DNA of 64,000 nt, taken from Candidatus Atelocyanobacterium thalassae (GTDB lineage: Bacteria; Cyanobacteriota; Cyanobacteriia; Cyanobacteriales; Microcystaceae). A program made the translations under genes and the position numbers. This document shows positions 31,960 through 40,634 of the stretch, in pieces. Numbering within the stretch: the stretch's first letter is position 1; each line of letters begins with the position of its first letter. Location: the NCBI GenBank assembly GCA_051971635.1, contig JBFPLN010000003.1:96001-160000 (forward strand), in the 5' to 3' direction. The notes beneath the pieces are model-generated. The model had not been told where the DNA came from, did no database searches, and saw only the letters and a list, made by a program, of their open reading frames with translations.

Positions 31960-33630
31960 GTGGATGTTTCACGAAACCTAGCTTTTGAATTTGATTCTAT
32001 AGAATCTGCTTTAGCCGATATTAAAATTGGTCGTACCGTCATCGTTGTAGATGATGAGAACCGAGAAAATGAAGGTGATCTTATTTGTGCTGCTCAATTT
32101 GCTACTTCTAGCAGTATAAATTTTATGGCGACAGAAGCAAGAGGCTTAGTTTGCTTAGCTATGAATGGAAAACAATTAGATGATTTAGATCTCCCTTTGA
32201 TGGTCACTAAAAATACTGATAGTAATCAAACTGCTTTTACTGTAAGTATTGATGCTTCGCCTCATTTTGGCGTTACTACTGGTATTTCTGCAGAAGATAG
32301 GGCAAAAACTATTCAAATTGCTATCGATCCTAGTACAGAACCTGAAGATTTAACTCGCCCTGGTCATATCTTTCCAATTCGTGCAAAAGTTGGAGGAGTT
32401 CTGAAACGTGCTGGTCATACTGAAGCAGCTGTAGACTTGTCTAGGCTAGCAGGTTTATACCCTGCAGGTGTGATTTGTGAAATACAAAATTTAGATGGTT
32501 CGATGGCTCGTTTACCAGAACTTGTTAATTACGCTAAAAAACATGACTTAAAGCTTATTAGTATTGCGGATCTAATTAGTTATCGTCTCCAACATGATCG
32601 CTTTGTTTATAGAGAGACAGTGTGTCAATTTCCAAGTAAATTTGGAAGGTTTCAACTTTATGCCTATAGAAATGTATTAGATAATACAGAACATGTTGCA
32701 ATTGTTAAAGGAGATCCTAATAAATTTAAAGAACATCCAGTAATGGTAAGAATGCATTCAGAATGCTTAACAGGTGATGCCTTAGGATCATTACGTTGTG
32801 ATTGTAGGATGCAGTTACAAACTGCATTAAAAAAAATAGAAGAAGCAGAAGTAGGAGTTGTTGTTTACCTTAGGCAAGAAGGCAGAGGAATCGGTTTGAT
32901 TAATAAGCTAAAAGCGTATTCACTACAAGATATAGGTCTTGACACTGTAGAGGCAAATGAAAGATTAGGATTTCCTGCAGATTTAAGAGACTATGGAATG
33001 GGAGCTCAAATGCTCAATGATTTAGGGGTAGAAAAGATACGTCTTATTACTAATAATCCAAGAAAAATTGCAGGTCTAAAAGGATATGGATTAGAAATAG
33101 TTGAACGTCTTCCATTATTAATAGAATCTAACGATTACAACTCTAATTATTTGAGAACAAAAGGAGAAAAATTAGGACATTTACTTTTGCAAACTTATTT
33201 AATAACTGTTGCTATTGACTGGAAAACAGAAATTGGATCAGTTACAGAACACTATAGATATTTAGAACAAGTACGTAACCTAAGTCGTTCTCTAGAACTC
33301 TTTCTACAAGAAGAGGTTAGACCAGTAGCAAGTGCCTTGTTTGAACAACCTTCAATAATATTTCATCTAGGTTTTAAACAGATTCAAAAAATTGATAAAA
33401 GCTGGTATTGTGATGCTAACAATATAAATGTGAAAGCTATTGCAAAGTTGCTTGATAATTTACTAAATTGGACAAGCATTAAACGTCTAGAATTTTTAAT
33501 TGCTTCTGAAGATGATCCTATGTCAGGTTTACAAGTTGGTCTTAAGCGGCGTTTATTCTCTTTAAACACAAAGCCTTCTCAAAGTACTGTCCCTTGGGAG
33601 AAACAAACTATTTATAGTTTTACTTTATAA
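31960..33630 (+). CDS. ribBA: Bifunctional DHBP synthase / GTP cyclohydrolase II
   Basis: VDDENRENEGD, RAGHTEAAVDL, RMHSECLTGD, SLRCDC, QEGRGIGL, TNNPRK, plus the cyanobacterial C-terminal extension. Confidence 0.97.
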   Translation: MDVSRNLAFEFDSIESALADIKIGRTVIVVDDENRENEGDLICAAQFATSSSINFMATEARGLVCLAMNGKQLDDLDLPLMVTKNTDSNQTAFTVSIDASPHFGVTTGISAEDRAKTIQIAIDPSTEPEDLTRPGHIFPIRAKVGGVLKRAGHTEAAVDLSRLAGLYPAGVICEIQNLDGSMARLPELVNYAKKHDLKLISIADLISYRLQHDRFVYRETVCQFPSKFGRFQLYAYRNVLDNTEHVAIVKGDPNKFKEHPVMVRMHSECLTGDALGSLRCDCRMQLQTALKKIEEAEVGVVVYLRQEGRGIGLINKLKAYSLQDIGLDTVEANERLGFPADLRDYGMGAQMLNDLGVEKIRLITNNPRKIAGLKGYGLEIVERLPLLIESNDYNSNYLRTKGEKLGHLLLQTYLITVAIDWKTEIGSVTEHYRYLEQVRNLSRSLELFLQEEVRPVASALFEQPSIIFHLGFKQIQKIDKSWYCDANNINVKAIAKLLDNLLNWTSIKRLEFLIASEDDPMSGLQVGLKRRLFSLNTKPSQSTVPWEKQTIYSFTL

Positions 33631-33693
33631 AATTGACATCAATAAATGATAAATATCATTTATATATGAATCCACTATGGTGAGTACAGAAAA

Positions 33694-34803
33694 ATGTTTC
33701 ATAGTCGTCGTAGCTTATTAATGATGATAGGAAGTATATTTGGAGTTAAAGCTTCTTCTCTAATACAAAATTTTCTAAATTCTGATAAAAATGCTGGTGT
33801 CCTCAAACGGAACTTAAATTTTTCAAATAAAGTATTAGCTAAATCCTTTGGTACCACTTCTTCTATCCACTCATCAAATCCTATAAAAGAACAAGTAAGA
33901 ATCATCGTTATTAGTGATCTAAATGATAGGTATGGAGCAACTAGTTATAGTCCAGAAGTTGTTAGAAGTTTATCTTTGATTAAACAATATCAACCCGATC
34001 TAGTCTTGTGCGCAGGAGATATGATCGCTGGTCAAAAGCATTCTTTAACCAAAAAACAGATACAAGCAATGTGGATGGCTTTTGATATTCATATCGCTTT
34101 ACCTCTCAAGCAACTAGAAATACCTTTTGGATTTTGTCTTGGTAATCATGATGCCTCAGGTGCAGTATATAGAAACCAGTTGACTTTCCATAAGGAAAGA
34201 ATGTTAGCTTCTAAATTTTGGAATGATCCTCAACATAGTCCTAGCTTAAATTTTATTGATAAAAGTCAATTCCCTTTTTACTATACCTTTAAACAAAGTA
34301 ATATATTCTACTTAGTCTTAGATGCTTCTACCCATATTATTTCTGAAGAACAATTAATTTGGATCCAAAATAGTTTAGAAAGCTTGGACTCTAAGAGAGC
34401 AAGTTTACGCTTCGTTATTGGTCATCTTCCTTTGTACCCTATCGCAGTTGGAAGGAACAATAATGGTAATTTCGTAAAAGATGGGGAAAAACTGCAACTT
34501 TTATTAGAAAAACATAACGTTCATACCTATGTTAGTGGTCATCAGCATGCTTATTATCCTGGCAAAAAAGGTAACCTAGAATTACTACATAGTGGAGCAT
34601 TAGGAGGAGGCCCTCGAAAATTATTAAATAGTAAATTATCTCCTATAAAGACATTGACAGTAATTAATGTTTCTCTACTTTTAAAAAAAACAAAATATAC
34701 TACTTATGATATGAGTAATTCAAAAATTTTAGATATTAAAACATTACCAAAATCAATTGGTAATATCTGGAGACAAGATATATCTTCTTCGAAAAATAAT
34801 TAA
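33694..34803 (+). CDS. Metallophosphoesterase with a Tat-like signal
   Basis: N-terminal SRRSLL; ISDLN, AGDMIAGQ, LGNHDAS, GHLP, SGHQHAYYPG. Confidence 0.85.
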   Translation: MFHSRRSLLMMIGSIFGVKASSLIQNFLNSDKNAGVLKRNLNFSNKVLAKSFGTTSSIHSSNPIKEQVRIIVISDLNDRYGATSYSPEVVRSLSLIKQYQPDLVLCAGDMIAGQKHSLTKKQIQAMWMAFDIHIALPLKQLEIPFGFCLGNHDASGAVYRNQLTFHKERMLASKFWNDPQHSPSLNFIDKSQFPFYYTFKQSNIFYLVLDASTHIISEEQLIWIQNSLESLDSKRASLRFVIGHLPLYPIAVGRNNNGNFVKDGEKLQLLLEKHNVHTYVSGHQHAYYPGKKGNLELLHSGALGGGPRKLLNSKLSPIKTLTVINVSLLLKKTKYTTYDMSNSKILDIKTLPKSIGNIWRQDISSSKNN

Positions 34804-34859
34804 TAATATATAAATTGAGAAAATTAGTTAAAGCAAATAAAATTTTAAGGCTTTTTTAA

Positions 34860-34893
34860 AAATAAATTCTGTTTAATTAAACAGAATTTATTT
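34860..34893. repeat. 34-bp perfect palindrome
   Basis: AAATAAATTCTGTTTAA|TTAAACAGAATTTATTT. Confidence 0.85.
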
Positions 34894-34916
34894 CATCAAC
34901 ATTTTTTAGGTAGATT

Positions 34917-35831
34917 ATGAAGAATCAATTAATAACAACAAAAAAAGTCATCTTATTTACAATATCTATATTGGTACTTAGTTTTCCAGGAAATTATGCA
35001 CGAGCTGGTGATCCTTTTCGTAAAATTAAGCCAAGACCTATCGGAGAAAATACTATAACAGCTTTTACTGAAATATTTAAAAAAGGTAATTATATACAAG
35101 GCAAAAATTATTTACAAAAAGCAATAGCAACTGAAGGTAATGAACCTCTAGCCTATGCAATAGAAGCATCATTAGCCTACTCAAATGAAGACTGGGAAAC
35201 CATGAAATATTCTGCAAATAAAACTTTAGCTGTTGCTAAAAAACTAGTATCTAGCGATTTATTGAGGGGTAATCTATATCAAGCAGTAGGCCATTTCCTT
35301 GAGGGAGCCCATGCATTTAAAATACATGGGCCTTTAGGAGCAGTTGATAAGTTACAGTTAGTTTTTGATTATCTTGATATAGCTGAAAATATTGATCCAG
35401 AAGATCCAGAACTGAACCTACTAAAAGGGTATCTTGATTTAATATTATCGGTTAATTTACCATTTTCATCACCAAAAGATGCTATTTCACGTTTTGAGAG
35501 GCATGCAGCTCCAAAATATATGGTTAATCGTGCTTTGTTTGCAGCTTATCGAGATTTGGAAGAATATACCACAGCTATGAAATATATTAATATGGCTCTT
35601 CATGATAGTCCTAATAATCCAGAGCTACAATATCTCAAAGGACAATTACTTCGTAAACAAGGTAAAACTAAAAAGAATAATAGAGAAAGTCTTAATTTAC
35701 TTAAGGAAGCATATAACTATTTTGATAAGGCTATGATTAAGTTTAATCAGTTACCAAAAGGTATTCAAATCCCTTTACGCCATGATCATCGAGCTATACA
35801 AGATGAAATAAATAGTATTGTAGCAAATTAA
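34917..35831 (+). CDS. Exported TPR protein (Sll0314/Alr1548-like)
   Basis: Signal peptide ending ARA-GDPFR; LRGNLYQAVGHFLEG, DPELNLLKGYLDL, NNPELQYLKGQ. Confidence 0.75.
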   Translation: MKNQLITTKKVILFTISILVLSFPGNYARAGDPFRKIKPRPIGENTITAFTEIFKKGNYIQGKNYLQKAIATEGNEPLAYAIEASLAYSNEDWETMKYSANKTLAVAKKLVSSDLLRGNLYQAVGHFLEGAHAFKIHGPLGAVDKLQLVFDYLDIAENIDPEDPELNLLKGYLDLILSVNLPFSSPKDAISRFERHAAPKYMVNRALFAAYRDLEEYTTAMKYINMALHDSPNNPELQYLKGQLLRKQGKTKKNNRESLNLLKEAYNYFDKAMIKFNQLPKGIQIPLRHDHRAIQDEINSIVAN

Positions 35832-35854
35832 TAGCTTAATATTTTTGTATATGT

Positions 35855-36661
35855 TTAGTGAAATAACCAAAACCATACAATATATGCTAGAGCTTTGACA
35901 CCATCTTTCCAATTAATTTTTTTCCCTTCTTCATAAGTTCTTCCATAATATGAAATACCAGTTTCGTATATACGCCATTTACGAGCCTTAGTAACTTTAA
36001 TTGTAAATTCTACTTCAAAACCAAAGTCATTACAAACAAGTTCCATTTCACTTACGACTTCACGACGAAACATTTTATAGCAAACCTCAATATCGGTAAG
36101 AGTGGTATTACACAATAAATTAATTAAATTAGAAATTACTTGGTTCCCTAAAAGATGATGGAAATAGAGTACTCGATGAGGTTCTCCATAAAACCGACTT
36201 CCATAAACTATATCTGCGTGATTGCCTGCAATTAGCTTCCACATCCGCTTCCAATCCTGTGGATCATATTCTAAATCAGCGTCTTGTATAATAAGAACTT
36301 CTCCAGTAGATTTTTTAAATCCTGTTCTTAATGCTGCCCCCTTACCTTGATTAAAATGATGAAAAATTATATTTACTGTTATGGAAGCTATTTCTAATTC
36401 TTCTTGTGTAGACAATTGCTGTAAATTATTTTCAATTTTATTTACAGCTATAAGAGAGCCATGGTTTAATACTGCTTCAACAGGCTCTTTATTGGCAGAT
36501 CCAAAAGTTTTTAATAACCATTCTCGAGTACCATCAGTAGATCCATCGTCTACTAGGATGATTTCTTTATCTACTTTCGGGAGAGCCATAGCTATTTTTG
36601 CTAGAATAGTAGCTATGGTATGGATTTCATTGTAAACGGGGATAATAATAGACAGCTTCAT
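35855..36661 (-). CDS. GT2 glycosyltransferase (DPM1/GtrB/ArnC-like)
   Basis: LSIIIPVYNE, VDDGSTDGT, NQGKGAA, IQDADLEYDP, VYGSRF, GRTYEEGKKI. Confidence 0.92.
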   Translation of the reverse strand: MKLSIIIPVYNEIHTIATILAKIAMALPKVDKEIILVDDGSTDGTREWLLKTFGSANKEPVEAVLNHGSLIAVNKIENNLQQLSTQEELEIASITVNIIFHHFNQGKGAALRTGFKKSTGEVLIIQDADLEYDPQDWKRMWKLIAGNHADIVYGSRFYGEPHRVLYFHHLLGNQVISNLINLLCNTTLTDIEVCYKMFRREVVSEMELVCNDFGFEVEFTIKVTKARKWRIYETGISYYGRTYEEGKKINWKDGVKALAYIVWFWLFH

Positions 36662-37051
36662 ATGACACTTTTAAAATAGCTGAAATTACAAAAGAACATA
36701 ATCTTAGCTTTTTATATAGAATATTTTTGTTTTAACATGAGAATTTTTTCATTCATGGTGAAGACTTGTTGAAGTTGATTTAGTTCCTCCGTTCAAATTT
36801 TGAACTTTACAAGATATCCTATAGAATGTCTAAAGATAACCATTTAAATGTAAAAGTAGCTGTTAGTTCTAATTCATTTTTCTATCTCAATATCCTTATT
36901 TGTAAAAAATTAAGCTTTGATCTTCCCGTCTCTAAATGTCAAGATAAAAATTTTGATGAGAAAGTTTAATAAAAACTAATATGAACTTAACAGAGAATCA
37001 AACGAGAATTAGACAAAGCAGTTAAAAATTAGTGAGCAATCATTAGACACT

Positions 37052-37867
37052 GTGAAAATCTTTTTATTATTAGCATCTTTATCAATTACTCAAGTATTAG
37101 GCGATATTTTTTTAAGTCGAGGGATGAAGGACTTCGTTGGTTTTGATTCCTCCGGTCCAACAGTTGTTCTATATCTAATTACCTATGTCCTAACTAATTA
37201 TTGGATTTTATCAGGTTTAGGGATATTGATAATTTCTTTAAGTCTTTATTTGACAGCAATTTCAAAATTAGACCTTAGTTATGTTCTACCTATCCATGCC
37301 TCTAGCTACGTGCTAAATGGTATTTTTGCTTGGGCTATTTTGGGAGAGGACGTTACAAGCATGAGGTGGGTAAGTACTTTTGTTATTTCTTGTGGTGCAC
37401 TATGTGTAGGATTAAGCGATAGTAATACGGCTAATTCATGTCAGCACAATAACTTTAAATCTAGAAATTTACCATTATTTTTTCTACCGTTTAGTTTAAC
37501 TATCTCAAAAACTTGGTTAGCAATCATGATTAGCTCTATGTCTGATGCTAGCGGAGATTTATTATTAGCAGTTGGCATGAAAAAAATAGGAGAAATAGAG
37601 AAAGTAACTTTCCCAGAAGTAAAGAAAATGATTATTAAAATAATAACAAGCCCTTTAATAATTAGTGGTATTGCATGCCAAGGTATCGCATTCTTTAGTT
37701 TCATCTCTGTTTTAAGTTGGACAGATCTTAGTTTTGCCCGTCCAGCAACTGCACTGACCTATATCATAAGTATGTTAGGGGCCAAACTAATATTAAAAGA
37801 AGATATCCAGAAACAAAAACTATGGGGAATAATCTTAATAGGATTAGGAGTTTTTATACATCGTTAA
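37052..37867 (+). CDS. EamA/DMT transporter with two tandem SMR-like (ArnE/ArnF-like) domains
   Basis: Internal duplication GDIFLSRGMK...DLSYVLP...LGE versus GDLLLAVGMK...DLSFARP...LKE; about 8 transmembrane helices. Confidence 0.8.
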   Translation: MKIFLLLASLSITQVLGDIFLSRGMKDFVGFDSSGPTVVLYLITYVLTNYWILSGLGILIISLSLYLTAISKLDLSYVLPIHASSYVLNGIFAWAILGEDVTSMRWVSTFVISCGALCVGLSDSNTANSCQHNNFKSRNLPLFFLPFSLTISKTWLAIMISSMSDASGDLLLAVGMKKIGEIEKVTFPEVKKMIIKIITSPLIISGIACQGIAFFSFISVLSWTDLSFARPATALTYIISMLGAKLILKEDIQKQKLWGIILIGLGVFIHR

Positions 37868-38097
37868 TTCAAGCTTGAATAAAATGGTCATAATCTTCAT
37901 ATAAAAATATATTTAGATGAACTATATTTTAAACTTTGGCCAAGCAATTATTTGTTTGAGTTGCGAAATTAGATACAAAATAGCAGATAAAGAAGACTAT
38001 TATCTGTGAAAAACAATAGTTCTTGCCTCTTGTTGGATGATCTAAAAATTATTTTCCGCTATAATCAGCCTCAGTCACAGTTTTCTATCAATTAACA

Positions 38098-38379
38098 ATG
38101 AATAAAGAAGACCTCGTTAACACTATTGCTGCAAAGACTCGCCTTACTAAAAAAGAAACGAGTCAAATTCTAGATGCATTAACGAATACAATTATGGAAA
38201 CAGTTGCTTCTGGGAGCAAGGTAGTTTTGGTAGGATTTGGAACATTTGAGCCAAGAGACAGAAAAGAAAGGAAAGGTATGAATCCTCAAACAGGACAGCC
38301 AATTACTATTCCTGCAACTACAGTACCAGCATTTTCTGCTGGTAAAGTTTTCAAAGAAAAGGTTGTAGAATCTATGTAG
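38098..38379 (+). CDS. hup: Histone-like DNA-binding protein HU
   Basis: MNKEDLV, LVGFGTFE, GMNPQTG, VPAFSAGK. Confidence 0.97.
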   Translation: MNKEDLVNTIAAKTRLTKKETSQILDALTNTIMETVASGSKVVLVGFGTFEPRDRKERKGMNPQTGQPITIPATTVPAFSAGKVFKEKVVESM

Positions 38380-38432
38380 CTAAATGTCTTATGCAGATTT
38401 TGTATAATATCTCATTACAAAACTGTTTTAAA

Positions 38433-38468
38433 ATCAAATACCTATATCAATTGATATAGGTATTTGAT
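38433..38468. repeat. 36-bp perfect palindrome 3' of hup
   Basis: ATCAAATACCTATATCAA|TTGATATAGGTATTTGAT. Confidence 0.85.
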
Positions 38469-38592
38469 GAGGCTTAGATTTATTTTAAATAAATTTTTTT
38501 TTAATATTATCTAGCTCTTCATTATTTAAACGGAGTTAGTCATAAGATATTTACATCGTATATTTCTACACACAATACCTATATACAAATTA

Positions 38593-38772
38593 ATGGTGAC
38601 TTATTTTATTGAAGTAACAATTAAGATACCAGAAAATATCAAGACATTTCAGAAGAATATACAAATAGAATTATTAAAATATGGACAACCTTTACGTTGG
38701 GCAATTACAAAAGTTGATATTCATAAAAAAACTGCTCAAATAGAAGCTGTTGTCATCAAAAACTGTTTGTAG
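38593..38772 (+). CDS. Small hypothetical protein, 59 aa (not in the ORF track)
   Basis: MVTYFIEVTIKIPENIKTFQKNIQIELLKYGQPLRWAITKVDIHKKTAQIEAVVIKNCL; GxPLRWA(I/V)T...EA(V/I)V resembles a small conserved cyanobacterial protein (recall). Confidence 0.75.
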   Translation: MVTYFIEVTIKIPENIKTFQKNIQIELLKYGQPLRWAITKVDIHKKTAQIEAVVIKNCL

Positions 38773-38846
38773 CTAAATGTGAAGTTGTTCTAAATTTCAC
38801 AATTTAATTATACTAAAAATATTAATTATTATCTTGTAACAAATTT

Positions 38847-39896
38847 GTGATTAGTCGTCCTTATAGTGCTGTTTTAATTGTTCCTACAGGTATTGGAGCG
38901 TCTATTGGTGGTTATGCTGGAGATGCTTTACCTTTAGCTAGAGCTATGGCAGAAGTATGTGATTATTTAATTACTCATCCTAATGTTCTAAATGGAGCGC
39001 AATTATACTGGCCCTCTAGCAATATTCTTTATGTTGAGGGCTATGGATTAGATAATTTTGCTTGTGGTAATTGGGGGTTAAGTCCAGTACTTTCAAATAA
39101 AGTAGGATTAATTCTCGATCAAGGCATTGAATCAGAATTAATGTCTAGGAATATACAGGCTGCTAATGCAGCTAGAGGAACTCTTGGCCTAAGATTAACT
39201 GACTATATAGTTACAGATGCTCCATTAGGAGTAGAAATTCGTATCGCCGACTCAGGAACAAGCTGGGGAACAATTAATAATCCAGGTAGCTTACTACGAG
39301 CTGCTGAAAAATTGATCGATAAAAATGGAGCTGAGGCGATCGCTATAGTATCTCGTTTCCCCGATGAAATAGATGAGACATTAATTAATAATTATCGTTC
39401 TGGAAATGGGGTAGATCCTATAGCAGGTGCTGAGGCAGTGATTTCACATTTAATAGTTCATCAATTTTCTGTTCCAGCCGCTCATGCTCCTGCTTTATAT
39501 CCTTTACCATTAGATAATACTGTTTCTCCCCGTTCGGCAGCAGAAGAATTAGGATATACGTTTTTATCTTCTGTCTTAGTCGGATTAAGTCGCGCACCGC
39601 AATTTATCAGTAAAAAAGGTTTACATAGTATTTGGGCTGATGATGTTGATGCTTTGATAATACCAGCAACTACTTGTGGAGGTTCATCTATTCTTAGCTT
39701 TAGTCAAAGAGATTCACTTATAATAGCAGTAGCGGAAAATAAGACAGCTATTAATGTTCCACCTGAATCATTAGGACTAAAAACTATTACAGTAGATTCA
39801 TATTTAGAAGCATTAGGCGTTTTGGTAGCTCATAAAACTGGTATTGATATAAATACTCTTAAACCTAATTTATCTTCTTTATCTTTACTGACTTAA
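38847..39896 (+). CDS. DUF3326 family protein
   Basis: VPTGIGASIGGYAGDA, THPNVLNGA, EAVISH, PAAHAPA, AAEELGYTFL. Confidence 0.85.
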   Translation: MISRPYSAVLIVPTGIGASIGGYAGDALPLARAMAEVCDYLITHPNVLNGAQLYWPSSNILYVEGYGLDNFACGNWGLSPVLSNKVGLILDQGIESELMSRNIQAANAARGTLGLRLTDYIVTDAPLGVEIRIADSGTSWGTINNPGSLLRAAEKLIDKNGAEAIAIVSRFPDEIDETLINNYRSGNGVDPIAGAEAVISHLIVHQFSVPAAHAPALYPLPLDNTVSPRSAAEELGYTFLSSVLVGLSRAPQFISKKGLHSIWADDVDALIIPATTCGGSSILSFSQRDSLIIAVAENKTAINVPPESLGLKTITVDSYLEALGVLVAHKTGIDINTLKPNLSSLSLLT

Positions 39897-40006
39897 AACT
39901 AATTAATTTTTATTTCAGCTTACATATTTATTGAATTTTTAACATCTTGTAACAAGATGTTAAAAATTCTCACTATACTACCTCTTAGTTAACTTTTTAT
40001 TATTTT

Positions 40007-40462
40007 ATGGAAATCAAATTTCGAGAATTTAATCCTTTTGACTTATGGATATGGTTAGAATTTGAAACCTCTCCATCTCACTTAGAAAAACGATACATCG
40101 AAGAAGTATTTAATTCTTGGTTTTATTTAGGTAAATTAGGTGCTTTTAATGCCGAAAATTTGCAAGTACAAGATGCTGGAGTTGATATTAGTTATATTAA
40201 TTACAATACAGATATTCTTGATAATAGTATGATGGCTCTTATGCACAACATAGGGGATTTTGAATACAACAGTTTGTGGGGACGTTGTTGGCTCGATTTA
40301 GGTACTAGTGATTTATTTGCACTAGACATTTTAATAAATTCCTTAAATCAATTGAATAAAGAACTAGTCACAATTAAACAATTTGTTGTTGGAGGGGAAA
40401 ATGAAGATTGGCGTATAGTAACACAAGAAGAATCTATGTTCGTTGATCAGAATTCAGTATGA
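40007..40462 (+). CDS. DUF3531 family protein
   Basis: FREFNPFDLWIWLEF, SWFYLGKLGAFNAENLQV, RCWLDLGTSD. Confidence 0.8.
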   Translation: MEIKFREFNPFDLWIWLEFETSPSHLEKRYIEEVFNSWFYLGKLGAFNAENLQVQDAGVDISYINYNTDILDNSMMALMHNIGDFEYNSLWGRCWLDLGTSDLFALDILINSLNQLNKELVTIKQFVVGGENEDWRIVTQEESMFVDQNSV

Positions 40463-40634
40463 AATCTTAAAAGTTATGATTAGGGTCATTCAATTTGGAT
40501 ATTATTATCCTATTTTTTTAGAAATTTTAATCAAAATATAAGAACTATAAAATTAGAGATTGTAAAATCTTATTAATAATATAGTTCCTATATTATTTAA
40601 GGAATACAGCTATATATATTGCAATCTTAAACTA

